A DNA stretch of 32,000 nt from Nitratidesulfovibrio vulgaris str. Hildenborough (lineage in GTDB: Bacteria > Desulfobacterota > Desulfovibrionia > Desulfovibrionales > Desulfovibrionaceae). The DNA lies in the NCBI RefSeq assembly GCF_000195755.1, contig NC_002937.3, forward strand, positions 1,650,001-1,682,000, in the 5' to 3' direction. A program made the position numbers and the translations under genes. The notes under the pieces are model-generated. The model saw only the letters and a program-made list of their open reading frames with translations. It was not told the origin of the DNA and did no database searches. The stretch's first letter is position 1; each line of letters opens with the position of its first letter. Positions 1 to 8,356 of the stretch are shown one piece after another.

Positions 1-40
1 ACCATGCGTAGGCGTCAGGCAAGAGGCTTCTGTTCGAGGC

Positions 41-68
41 TTGCAGAAAGCCCCGCGTGGTGTACAGT
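41..68 (+). promoter_or_regulatory. Candidate sigma-70 promoter of the ferritin gene (TTGCAG - 16 nt - TACAGT)
   Basis: TTGCAG at 41-46, a 16-nt spacer and TACAGT at 63-68, about 55 nt upstream of the ftn ATG. Based on motif resemblance only. Confidence 0.3.
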
Positions 69-71
69 AGG

Positions 72-108
72 CCATTGATTTCAATCCCTCGTTTGATTCA
101 ACCATTGG
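72..108. promoter_or_regulatory. AT-rich palindromic operator-like sites between the putative -10 and the RBS of ferritin
   Basis: ATTGATTTCAAT (74-85; ATTGA/TCAAT inverted repeat) and TTGATTCAA (93-101; TTGA/TCAA inverted repeat). They form a local AT-rich island in otherwise GC-rich DNA. Confidence 0.25.
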
Positions 109-123
109 AGCAAGGAGACCGAC

Positions 124-633
124 ATGCTCAGCCAGCGTATGAACGATGCCCTCAACGAACAGGTGAAATGGGAGCTCTATTCGAGCTATATGTATCTGTC
201 GATGTCCTCCTATTTCCTGGATAAGGGCCTCGCCGGGTTTGCCAACTGGATGCGTATCCAGGCGCAGGAGGAACTTTTCCACGCCATGCGGTTCTTCGAT
301 TTCATCGGCGAAAGAGGCGGGCGGGCAGTCCTTCATCCTGTCGACGCGCCCCCCGCAGAATGGAAGAATCCGCTGGATGCCTTCACTCATACCCTTGAAC
401 ATGAAAGGCTTGTCACCTCGCGTATCAACGACCTCGTCAACGTCGCCATTGAAGAGAAAGACCACGCCACGAACATCTTCCTTCAGTGGTTCGTGACCGA
501 ACAGGTCGAGGAAGAGGATAGCGTCAACGACGTCCTTAACAAGCTTCGCCTCATCAATGGCGAGGGGCAGGGCATGCTGATGCTCGACAAGGACCTTGCG
601 ACGCGCGTGTTCACTCCGCCGACGACGGCGTAG
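124..633 (+). CDS. ftn: Non-heme bacterial ferritin (Ftn)
   Basis: 169-aa ORF. The ferritin-like four-helix-bundle signature is visible (LNEQVKWELYSSYMYLSMSSYF, QAQEELFHAMRFFDFI, LEHERLVTSRINDL, LQWFVTEQVEEE). GGAG RBS at 113-116, 7 nt before the ATG. Confidence 0.9.
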   Translation: MLSQRMNDALNEQVKWELYSSYMYLSMSSYFLDKGLAGFANWMRIQAQEELFHAMRFFDFIGERGGRAVLHPVDAPPAEWKNPLDAFTHTLEHERLVTSRINDLVNVAIEEKDHATNIFLQWFVTEQVEEEDSVNDVLNKLRLINGEGQGMLMLDKDLATRVFTPPTTA

Positions 634-643
634 CGGCAGACAG

Positions 644-669
644 GGCGCGCCCTTCATTCAGGGCGCGCC
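644..669 (+). terminator. Hairpin formed by two copies of self-complementary GGCGCGCC downstream of ftn
   Basis: GGCGCGCC at 644-651 and 662-669 can form an 8-bp GC stem with a 10-nt loop, 11 nt after the ftn stop. No U-tract follows. Confidence 0.3.
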
Positions 670-705
670 GTCCGACCCGGAACGGTCTTTACCCGGAGGG
701 ATTCC

Positions 706-2442
706 ATGCAGCAGGCGCCTCGGAGCATTGTCATCGGTGGCGAAGCGGGGCAGGGGCTTGTGACCATCGGCGACATGCTGGTGCGCACACTTATCCGTAG
801 TGGTTATGGAGTGCTGGTAGCCCAGCATTACATGTCGCGGGTGCGGGGAGGGCACAACACCTACAACATCCGGGTCGGTGCCGGAGATGTCCTTGCACCC
901 ACGGATGATGTGCATGTGCTCGTCGCGCTCGACCAGCGCACAGTCACGGAACAGGGACCCCGGCTGGGCGATGGGCTGCTCATCCTTGATGAACGTCTCG
1001 ACCCGGGCTCCCTCAACGCCTTGCGTGTTCCGTTTGCGGCGCTTGCCGGGCGTCCCCTGTATGAGAATATTGCCGCTCTCGGCGTGCTCGCAGCCCTGCT
1101 GGGGCTGGAACGTGCCCCGGTCGACCGTCTGGTCGGGGAGGCTTTCCACAAGAAGGGCGATGACGTCATCACGCGCAACCTCGAGGTGCTTGAGGCCGCA
1201 TGGCGATGGGCATCTGACCATCGTGCCGCATCCGAACCGTTATCCGCGCCGGAAGGGCCGACAGGTCGGATGATGCTGCAAGGGAATGAGGCCATCGCAC
1301 TGGGGGCACTGGCAGCGGGCGTGAAGTTCTGCGCTTTCTATCCCATGACGCCAGCCACATCGGTCGCCCAGAATCTCATCCTTCATGCGGAGCGCATGGG
1401 AGTTGTCGTAGAGCAGGCCGAGGATGAAATCGCCGCCATGAACATGGTGCTCGGGGCCAGCTATGCTGGCGCGAGGGCGCTCGTGCCCACATCGGGCGGA
1501 GGGTTTGCGCTCATGACCGAGGGGGTGAGCCTTGCGGGTGTCATGGAACAGCCCGTGGTCATCGTGCTGGCGCAGCGGCCCGGCCCCGCGACGGGGTTGC
1601 CGACGCGCACCGAACAGGCAGACCTCGACCTCGCACTCTATGCGGGACACGGAGAGTTCCCCCGTGTCATCTTCGCCCCTGCGACGCCCGAAGATTGCTT
1701 CCACCTCACGTACGCGGCCTTCGACCTGGCAGAGCGCTTCCAGATTCCGGCCTTTGTGCTGACCGACCAGTATCTCGCTGATTCCTACAGGCCCGTTGCG
1801 CCCTTCGACCTTGACGCGCTGCCGCCGCTTGCCGAGCCTGATTTCTCCACGGACAAGGGGCCGGAGGGCGACAGGTACAAACGGTACGAATTGACCAAAA
1901 GCGGTATCTCTCCTCGTAGGATTCCGGGGTTCTCGAAATCCCTGGTACTGGCAGACTGTCATGAGCACACGGAACAGGGATACATCACGGAAGACGCCGG
2001 CTTGCGGATTGCCATGAGCGACAAGAGGCTTCGCAAAGGCGATGGACTGCGTTCCATGGCGCTGCCCCCAAGGTGTTTCGGGGATGAAGCGCCTGACTTG
2101 CTGCTCGCCTGCTGGGGTTCCAGTGAAGGTGCCGTGGTCGAGGCTGCACAGCGCTTGCGTGCCCGCGGGCGCAAGGTCGGGGTGCTTTCGTTCACACAGG
2201 TGTGGCCACTCGAACCTTCGCAGTTTCTTTCCCGGTGCGGGGAGGCCTCCGAGGTCGTGTGCATCGAGGGCAACGCCATAGGGCAGTTCTCTCGCCTGTT
2301 ACGGCTTGGCGGAGTAACCGTCGGGCGTACGCTCCTTCGCTATGACGGCAGGCCGTTCACACCGGAATGGATCGTCGCGCATCTTACGGCAGGGGATTCG
2401 GGAACGTCACACATGCAGACCGCCAAAGGAGCCTCCGCATGA
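706..2442 (+). CDS. 2-oxoacid:ferredoxin oxidoreductase, fused gamma/alpha subunit
   Basis: 578 aa. The N-terminal gamma-type domain reads IVIGGEAGQGLVTIGDML. An alpha-type domain follows (MLQGNEAIALGALAAGVKFCAFYPMTPATS, VEQAEDEIAAMNMVLGASYAG). GGAGGG RBS at 695-700. Confidence 0.85.
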   Translation: MQQAPRSIVIGGEAGQGLVTIGDMLVRTLIRSGYGVLVAQHYMSRVRGGHNTYNIRVGAGDVLAPTDDVHVLVALDQRTVTEQGPRLGDGLLILDERLDPGSLNALRVPFAALAGRPLYENIAALGVLAALLGLERAPVDRLVGEAFHKKGDDVITRNLEVLEAAWRWASDHRAASEPLSAPEGPTGRMMLQGNEAIALGALAAGVKFCAFYPMTPATSVAQNLILHAERMGVVVEQAEDEIAAMNMVLGASYAGARALVPTSGGGFALMTEGVSLAGVMEQPVVIVLAQRPGPATGLPTRTEQADLDLALYAGHGEFPRVIFAPATPEDCFHLTYAAFDLAERFQIPAFVLTDQYLADSYRPVAPFDLDALPPLAEPDFSTDKGPEGDRYKRYELTKSGISPRRIPGFSKSLVLADCHEHTEQGYITEDAGLRIAMSDKRLRKGDGLRSMALPPRCFGDEAPDLLLACWGSSEGAVVEAAQRLRARGRKVGVLSFTQVWPLEPSQFLSRCGEASEVVCIEGNAIGQFSRLLRLGGVTVGRTLLRYDGRPFTPEWIVAHLTAGDSGTSHMQTAKGASA

Positions 2443-3293
2443 CCACCACCATCGAATCTCTTGGGACGTTCGAGACCTCATGGTGCCCCGGATGCGGCAA
2501 TCATGACATCATGAAGGCCCTGCGGCAGGCCATCGTCGGACTGGGACTCGAAGCGCACAAGGTGGCGCATGTCTCGGGCATAGGGCAGGCCGCGAAGGCG
2601 CCGCACTATATCCGCCTCAACGGCTTCAACGGGTTGCATGGTCGCAGTCTGCCCCCTGCGCAAGCCATACGTCTGTGCAACAGCGAGCTCACCGTCATTG
2701 CCCAGAGTGGTGACGGATGCAATTACGGCGAAGGCGGCAACCACTTCCTTGCCGCTATCAGGCGGAATGTGGATATGACCTTGCTGGTGCACGACAACCA
2801 GATATACGGGCTCACGAAGGGACAAGCCAGCCCCACGACCGGGGAGGGACAAGTCACCAAAAGCCAGCCCGGTGGGGTCACAAGTGCACCGTTCAACCCT
2901 GTTGCCGTGGCTGTGGCCATGCGTTGCGGGTTCGTCGCCCGCTCGTTCTCCGGCAATGTCGAGCACTTGCAGGCCATGATCGAGGCGGCGGTGCGACACC
3001 GGGGCTTTTCGCTGGTCGACATCTTCTCGCCGTGCGTGTCGTTCAACAAGGTGAATACGTTCGGATGGTATCGGCAACGATGCCGGGAGATTGACGCCAG
3101 CCACGACCCTACGGACTGGAACGCTGCGATGCGGATTGCCGACACCTTCGGGGACGTGTTGCCCATAGGGGTCATCTACAGGAATGAGCGTCCGCCACTG
3201 GATGAACGCGTATCACATGTCGCAAAGGGGCCGCTGGGTCGGCAGGCGGTACGTCATGACGTGCTGCGCGACATCATGGCGTCGTATATGTGA
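2439..3293 (+). CDS. 2-oxoacid:ferredoxin oxidoreductase, beta (TPP-binding) subunit
   Basis: I chose the start at ATG 2439, which overlaps the alpha stop as ATGA, with AAAGGA upstream. Motifs present are WCPGCGNHDI and the TPP motif SGDGCNYGEGGNHF. The track start at 2367 lies inside the alpha gene. Confidence 0.85.
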   Translation: MTTTIESLGTFETSWCPGCGNHDIMKALRQAIVGLGLEAHKVAHVSGIGQAAKAPHYIRLNGFNGLHGRSLPPAQAIRLCNSELTVIAQSGDGCNYGEGGNHFLAAIRRNVDMTLLVHDNQIYGLTKGQASPTTGEGQVTKSQPGGVTSAPFNPVAVAVAMRCGFVARSFSGNVEHLQAMIEAAVRHRGFSLVDIFSPCVSFNKVNTFGWYRQRCREIDASHDPTDWNAAMRIADTFGDVLPIGVIYRNERPPLDERVSHVAKGPLGRQAVRHDVLRDIMASYM

Positions 3294-3321
3294 CCCGTTG
3301 CGGTGCGAGATGCCCGGCGGC

Positions 3322-3365
3322 TGCCATAGCCGATGTTTGCCATAGTCGGTGGTTGCCATAGTCGG
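3322..3365. repeat. Three direct repeats TGCCATAG(C/T)CG spaced 16 bp apart
   Basis: TGCCATAGCCG at 3322-3332, TGCCATAGTCGG at 3338-3349 and TGCCATAGTCGG at 3354-3365, read directly from the sequence. They lie in a non-coding convergent spacer. Confidence 0.6.
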
Positions 3366-3695
3366 CGCCGGGGGATGGAGAGTATCAGGTCTGTGACGCA
3401 AGGGGGCACCCCGCCGTCTGCACGGCTGCGGAGTGCCTGCGGTGCGCAGACAGCTGCGCACCATCAAGGCGTCGGAGGTTGTCGTCGGACACGTTTGGGT
3501 ACTCGCCCCGTGAACGGCATGAGCAACACAGTGTGCCCGCGATGCATCGTGGCGAGAGTTCATTCGCAGCCGTCACGTTCCTTATGCCTTCCGTTTACGG
3601 CGTGTCCTCGCATCCGCTGTGAGTGGCACAGGATTGCTGGCAATTGCCGGGCCTCGACATCGTCGTGGAGAGTCCGCGTCCTAGCGCAGAATGTG

Positions 3696-3727
3696 AAAGG
3701 CCCGCTTTCGGTCGAAAGCGGGCCTTT
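3696..3727 (-). terminator. Perfect 14-bp hairpin, probable (bidirectional) terminator downstream of rho
   Basis: AAAGGCCCGCTTTC (3696-3709), loop GGTC, GAAAGCGGGCCTTT (3714-3727). It lies 20 nt beyond the rho stop codon. The A/T ends of the stem supply short U runs on both strands. Confidence 0.55.
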
Positions 3728-3747
3728 GAAGTCGGGTCGGGGCGTGG

Positions 3748-4998
3748 CTACTTGTTCATGCAGTTCATGAAATCGCGGTTGCTCTTGGTGCCACGCATCT
3801 TGTCGAGAAGGAATTCCATGCTGTCGATGGAACTCATGGGGGCGAGAATCTTGCGCAGTATCCACACGCGGTTGAGCACTTCGTCGGAAAGAAGCAGGTC
3901 TTCCTTGCGGGTGCCGGTGCGGTTGATGTCGATGGCGGGGAACACGCGCTTTTCGGAGAGATGGCGATCGAGATAGATCTCCATGTTGCCGGTTCCCTTG
4001 AACTCTTCGAAGATGACCTCGTCCATGCGAGAGCCGGTGTCGATGAGGGCGGTGGCGATGATGGTGAGGCTGCCGCCTTCTTCGATGTTACGTGCAGCAC
4101 CGAAGAATCGCTTCGGGCGTTGCAGTGCGTTGGCATCGAGACCGCCCGAAAGCACCCTGCCGGAAGAGGGCGTGACGGCGTTGTAGGCGCGACCGAGGCG
4201 GGTGATGGAGTCGAGCAGGATGACAACGTCGCGCTTGCGCTCGACAAGGCGCTTGGCTTTTTCGAGAACCATCTCACAGACCTGCACATGGCGCTGTGGC
4301 GGTTCGTCGAATGTCGAGCTCACCACTTCGGCGTTCTTGACGGTGCGCTCCATGTCGGTGACTTCTTCGGGGCGCTCGTCAATCAGCAGGACGATGAGAT
4401 AGGTGTCGGGGCTGTTGGCATTGATGGAGTTGGCGATGGTCTGAAGCAGCATGGTCTTGCCGGTGCGCGGCGGGGCCACGATGAGGCCGCGTTGCCCGCA
4501 TCCGATGGGGGCCATGATGTCGATGATCCTGCTCGAATAGTTCTTGTCCCCGTTCTCCATGATGAACTGGCGGTCGGGGTAGATGGGCGTGAGGTTGTCG
4601 AACAGGACGAGATTCTTTGCGTTTTCGGGGGGCTCGAAGCCGATTTCCGTGACCTTGAGAAGGGCGAAATAGCGTTCACCCTCTTTGGGGGGGCGTATCT
4701 GCCCGGAGACGACATCGCCTTTTCGCAGTGCGAACCGACGAATCTGGGAGGGGGAGACGTAGATGTCGTCGGGGCCGGGCATGTAGCTGCAGAGCGGAGA
4801 TCGAAGGAAGCCGAAGCCGTCGGGCAGGATTTCAAGCACCCCGTCGCCGTATATGGCTCCATTCTGGGATGCGCAGGCTTGCAGAAGGGCGAATATGAGC
4901 TCCTGCTTTCGCATGCCGCTGGCGTTTTCGACCTTGAACTGCTCGGCAAGCTCCATGAGCTCCTGCATGCTTTTGATCTTCAGCTCGGAAAGGTTCAT
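3748..4998 (-). CDS. rho: Transcription termination factor Rho
   Basis: Collinear with E. coli Rho from MNLSELK onward ([27 protein letters not shown], Walker [60 protein letters not shown]). I chose ATG 4998 because it aligns with the E. coli N-terminus. The in-frame ATG at 5037 ([13 protein letters not shown]) uses A/T-ending codons that are atypical for this DNA. Confidence 0.9.
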   Translation of the reverse strand: MNLSELKIKSMQELMELAEQFKVENASGMRKQELIFALLQACASQNGAIYGDGVLEILPDGFGFLRSPLCSYMPGPDDIYVSPSQIRRFALRKGDVVSGQIRPPKEGERYFALLKVTEIGFEPPENAKNLVLFDNLTPIYPDRQFIMENGDKNYSSRIIDIMAPIGCGQRGLIVAPPRTGKTMLLQTIANSINANSPDTYLIVLLIDERPEEVTDMERTVKNAEVVSSTFDEPPQRHVQVCEMVLEKAKRLVERKRDVVILLDSITRLGRAYNAVTPSSGRVLSGGLDANALQRPKRFFGAARNIEEGGSLTIIATALIDTGSRMDEVIFEEFKGTGNMEIYLDRHLSEKRVFPAIDINRTGTRKEDLLLSDEVLNRVWILRKILAPMSSIDSMEFLLDKMRGTKSNRDFMNCMNK

Positions 4999-5324
4999 GG
5001 CACTTTCCGGGTTCGGAGCGCTTTTCTTTTTCCTCATAGGGTACCGGAGTGAGTAATGAAAGAGAGTTGCTGGAAGGGATGCCCCGTGCGGGAACATGTC
5101 TTCGGGCCGCAGAACTGGCTGCGTACACGTAGATGAAAGAAGGCTGCGGGGGTACTGAAGTGCGAATCGAATGCTGGATGCGTGTAAAAGACCGCGAATG
5201 AGCCTTGCTACACACGCGTAAACGACAACGAAGTCGATGCGATGCAGGGAAAGCTACAGGCTCTTGACCAGTATGTGTGGGAACAGAGAGAACCTAGCCC
5301 AATACCGTCATGTTGGCAAGGGGG

Positions 5325-5840
5325 CTATTCTACGTTCTCGCGTGGCTGGAGAACATCCTGGAATAACGCTTCGATATTGGCCCGAACTTCTTCCTGCGTG
5401 AGACCCTGCACATGGGAAAGTTCGACGACCAGCAAGGACATGGCCTGTTCAAGGAGTCGCCGTTCGCCGAAGGAGAGTTCCTTGTCTTTGCCGATGAGCA
5501 GAAGCTCGCGCAGAACGTAGGCGACATCACCAAGGTCGGGGCTCTTGAGCTTTTCGGAGTATTCGCGGTAGCGTCTGTTCCAGTTCTGTCCGGTGTACCC
5601 GGTAAAACCACTGCGGTCTTCGAGCGAAAGCATGATCTCGTTTGCCCGTTCGGTCGAACAGAGCGGGCGCAGCCCCACATTGGCCGCATTCTTCACCGGC
5701 ACCATGAGAGTGACGTTGTTGGTGAGGATGCGTACGATGTAGAACTCGGCTGTGACGCCCCCAACTTCTTGGCGTTCGATACGTTCGACTTTGCCGACGC
5801 CTTGCGCGGGGTACACTACCAGTTCATCCGGGCTGAACAC
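5325..5840 (-). CDS. carD: CarD/CdnL-family RNA-polymerase-binding transcription regulator
   Basis: 171 aa, GTG start at 5840 preceded by AGGAG. The N-terminus FSPDELVVYPAQGVGKVERIE matches the CarD_TRCF RNAP-interacting domain pattern. Confidence 0.85.
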   Translation of the reverse strand: MFSPDELVVYPAQGVGKVERIERQEVGGVTAEFYIVRILTNNVTLMVPVKNAANVGLRPLCSTERANEIMLSLEDRSGFTGYTGQNWNRRYREYSEKLKSPDLGDVAYVLRELLLIGKDKELSFGERRLLEQAMSLLVVELSHVQGLTQEEVRANIEALFQDVLQPRENVE

Positions 5841-5887
5841 TATCTGCTCCTGGGATTCGTGAGAAAGTTCTATGAGCGTGAAAAAAC

Positions 5888-5916
5888 ATAATACACAATA
5901 GCCGCAACGGCGTCCA
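5888..5916 (-). promoter_or_regulatory. Candidate sigma-70 promoter for carD (TGGACG - 17 nt - TATTAT)
   Basis: On the - strand the -35 TGGACG lies at 5916-5911, followed by a 17-nt spacer and the -10 TATTAT at 5893-5888. This is about 45 nt upstream of the carD start. Motif only. Confidence 0.3.
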
Positions 5917-5954
5917 CTCCCGATGCGGCTACCCTGCTGGCAATGTGAACGCGG

Positions 5955-6560
5955 TCAGGGCCTGAAGGCGTTGATGTACTGGGTGGCCGCGACATCCCCC
6001 TCTGTGGCGAATGTCCTGATGCCTTGTATGGCCGCCTCAAGCACCGCGTCGACCATGGCAGTGTCGGACTGGGAGAAGCGACCGAGCACCCACCCTGTGG
6101 TTTCTCCACCTGCCGGAGGTTTGCCAATGCCGAGGCGGAGTCGATGAAAGTCAGGCGTCCCAAGGCATTGTGTGATGGATTTCAGCCCGTTATGTCCTGC
6201 GTTGCCTCCCCCCATCTTGAAGCGCATCCTTCCGAGGGGCAGGTCGAGTTCGTCGTGCGCCACGACCATGGCGGCGGGCTTGACCCGATAGAACGAGGCT
6301 ATCGCAAGCACGGCCTCGCCGCTGAGGTTCATGAAGGTCTGCGGCTTGGCAAGAAGCCATGGGGCTTGTCCTTCGACGATGTCGCATCGCCAGAGGTCGT
6401 ATTTCTTCTTGCCGCCGCTGAGTTGTTCACAGCGCGCAAAAGGATTGCGCTGGGCTTCTTCCAGCAGGGCGTCGATGAACATGAATCCGAAATTATGGCG
6501 GGTACGGTCGTACTCGCGTCCCGGATTGCCGAGGCCGATGATGAGTCCGGATATGTTCAT
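5955..6560 (-). CDS. pth: Peptidyl-tRNA hydrolase
   Basis: 201 aa. LIIGLGNPGREYDRTRHNFGF is the canonical Pth N-terminus. HDELDLPLG and GGNAGHNGLKS motifs are present. Confidence 0.9.
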   Translation of the reverse strand: MNISGLIIGLGNPGREYDRTRHNFGFMFIDALLEEAQRNPFARCEQLSGGKKKYDLWRCDIVEGQAPWLLAKPQTFMNLSGEAVLAIASFYRVKPAAMVVAHDELDLPLGRMRFKMGGGNAGHNGLKSITQCLGTPDFHRLRLGIGKPPAGGETTGWVLGRFSQSDTAMVDAVLEAAIQGIRTFATEGDVAATQYINAFRP

Positions 6561-6621
6561 GTGCGCATCGGGGCGATAGGGTGGGCTACATGCCGTACCG
6601 GAAATGACCGGCCAACACGGG

Positions 6622-6650
6622 AAAAAGCCGGCTCCGCAAGCGGAGCCGGC
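6622..6650 (-). terminator. Rho-independent terminator after rplY
   Basis: On the - strand GCCGGCTCCGC-TT-GCGGAGCCGGC (6650-6627) forms a GC-rich stem of about 10-11 bp. It is followed by TTTTTC (6626-6621) and lies 25 nt after the rplY stop. Confidence 0.7.
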
Positions 6651-6674
6651 CTGAAGCGGCGGAGAAACGCGGAA

Positions 6675-7247
6675 CTATTCGCTCTTGGGGGTGAGCACGC
6701 TGAGAATAGCGAAGTTCTCGTTGGTTGCCGGACGCACACCCTCGGGCATGGCGACATCCTTCAGCATGATGGTGCTGTTGATGTCGAGTTCGGTCAGGTC
6801 CAGCGTGATCTTCTTGGGCAGCGTGAGCGGCTTGCTCATGACGTCTATGAATTCGCGGTAGACTTCGAGCTTGCCACCAAGCTTGACGCCACGCGAGGTG
6901 CCGACGAATTCCAGAGGAACGCGGATCTTGATCTCGCGATCAAGGTCGACACCGAAGAAGTCGATATGCGTGAACTTCTTCTTGTAGGGGTGGAAAAGAG
7001 CGTCCCAGATGAGAACGGGATGCGTGCTCTTCTTGCCCTCTTCTTCGATTTCAAGCTGGAATACGGTGGTGCGACCCACTTCTTCGAACAGCTTCTGAAG
7101 GGGCTTGGCGGGCATCTGGACGGCGACGTTGTTGCCCTTGGTGTCGTAGAACACGCCGGGAACGACTTCTTCGGAACGGAGCCTGCGGTTGGCACCCTTG
7201 CCCAGGTTGTCGCGCTTCTGGACGCTCAGTGTCTTCTGCTCGGACAT
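6675..7247 (-). CDS. rplY: 50S ribosomal protein L25 / general stress protein Ctc (long form)
   Basis: 190 aa. The N-terminus LSVQKRDNLGKGANRRLRSEEVVPGVFY is typical of L25/Ctc. AAGGAGA RBS upstream. Confidence 0.9.
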   Translation of the reverse strand: MSEQKTLSVQKRDNLGKGANRRLRSEEVVPGVFYDTKGNNVAVQMPAKPLQKLFEEVGRTTVFQLEIEEEGKKSTHPVLIWDALFHPYKKKFTHIDFFGVDLDREIKIRVPLEFVGTSRGVKLGGKLEVYREFIDVMSKPLTLPKKITLDLTELDINSTIMLKDVAMPEGVRPATNENFAILSVLTPKSE

Positions 7248-7296
7248 GCTGTTTCTCCTTTACATTCCTGCGGCAAGCGGCCACGGAACGAGATTG

Positions 7297-8235
7297 CTAT
7301 ACGAAAAGAACGCTCACCGACGATTCGGTGTGGATATTGTGTATGGCCTTGGCCAGAAGCCCGGCAACGGAAAGGACATGCAGTTTCGGGCAAGCGTTGA
7401 GCTTGTCGCCCAAGGGCACGGTATCGGTGACGATAACCTGCTTGAAGGGCGAGTTGCAAAGACGTTCGATGGCAGGCCCGGAAAGTACGGGGTGTGTGGC
7501 GCATGCCATGACCTCGCGCGCACCGTTCTTGAGCAGGACTTCGCCTGCTGCACAGAGGGTGCCTGCGGTGTCGATCATGTCGTCAACGACGATGGCGACC
7601 TTGTCGCGTACGTCGCCGATGACGTGCATCGCCTGCGCCTGGTTGGGCTTGTCGCGGCGCTTGTCGACGATGGCAAGCCCTGCGTTGAGCCGCTTGGCGT
7701 AGGCGCGGGCGCGTTCGACACCACCGGCGTCGGGCGACACGATGACGATTTCACCTTCGACCTGCCGCAGGTAGTCGAGAATGACCGGGGCGGCGTACAG
7801 GTTGTCGACAGGGGAGTTGAAGAAGCCCTGTATCTGACCCGCATGGAGGTCGACGGTGACGACGCGGTCAGTGCCAGCGGTTGTCAGGAAGTCGGCAACC
7901 AGTTTTGCGCTGATAGGAGCGCGGGGAGAGACTTTGCGATCCTGACGTGCATAGCCGTAGTACGGCATGACGGCGGTAACGCGGCCTGCGCTGGCACGCT
8001 TGAGGGCGTCCAGCATCAGGAACAGCTGCATCAGATTGAAGTTGACCGGGGCACACGTGGCCTGAACGACGAATACGTCGTCACCGCGCACGTTGTCGCC
8101 GATCTCGATGCGGATTTCGCCGTCACTGAAGGTTTCACACAGAGCGGGCGTGATCTGGCAACCAAGATGGTTGCAGATGGCCTTGGCCAGCTCGGGGTTG
8201 GAAGTGCCGGTCAGGATCTTGAGATCGCCTTGCAT
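7297..8235 (-). CDS. prs: Ribose-phosphate pyrophosphokinase (PRPP synthetase)
   Basis: 312 aa. Contains [36 protein letters not shown] and the PRPP-binding loop [12 protein letters not shown]. Confidence 0.92.
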   Translation of the reverse strand: MQGDLKILTGTSNPELAKAICNHLGCQITPALCETFSDGEIRIEIGDNVRGDDVFVVQATCAPVNFNLMQLFLMLDALKRASAGRVTAVMPYYGYARQDRKVSPRAPISAKLVADFLTTAGTDRVVTVDLHAGQIQGFFNSPVDNLYAAPVILDYLRQVEGEIVIVSPDAGGVERARAYAKRLNAGLAIVDKRRDKPNQAQAMHVIGDVRDKVAIVVDDMIDTAGTLCAAGEVLLKNGAREVMACATHPVLSGPAIERLCNSPFKQVIVTDTVPLGDKLNACPKLHVLSVAGLLAKAIHNIHTESSVSVLFV

Positions 8236-8277
8236 GGTCTGACATCCGGCTAGAGTTGGGGAACTTGCGTTCTGAAA

Positions 8278-8353
8278 TGGCTGGGGCGGAAGGACTCGAA
8301 CCCTCGAATGACGGGACCAAAACCCGTTGCCTTACCAACTTGGCGACACCCCA
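8278..8353 (-). tRNA. tRNA-Gln (anticodon UUG) with encoded CCA
   Basis: The - strand reads TGGGGTGTCGCCAAGTTGGTAAGGCAACGGGTTTTGGTCCCGTCATTCGAGGGTTCGAGTCCTTCCGCCCCAGCCA. It has a 7-bp acceptor stem (TGGGGTG/CGCCCCA), an anticodon stem ACGGG/CCCGT with loop TTTTGGT, and a GGTTCGAGTCC T-arm. It closely resembles E. coli tRNA-Gln. Confidence 0.9.
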
Positions 8354-8356
8354 GCG

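Noticed and set aside
3333-3770. 145-aa ORF (+) and the overlapping ORFs 3213-3563(-) and 3560-3865(-) in the oxidoreductase/rho convergent spacer.
   Set aside because: The composition is Arg/Cys/Ser-rich. There is no RBS and no recognisable family, and the end of the ORF runs through the rho terminator hairpin. I treated the region as non-coding (see the finding on the spacer).
5899-5931. Hairpin TAGCCGCA...TGCGGCTA downstream of pth, followed on the - strand by a T-rich run. It could be a pth terminator.
   Set aside because: The stem is only 8 bp (plus 3 inner pairs) with a large loop. The T-run begins 12 nt after the stem, and the hairpin overlaps the -35 of the better-looking carD promoter candidate. 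It is too weak to call.
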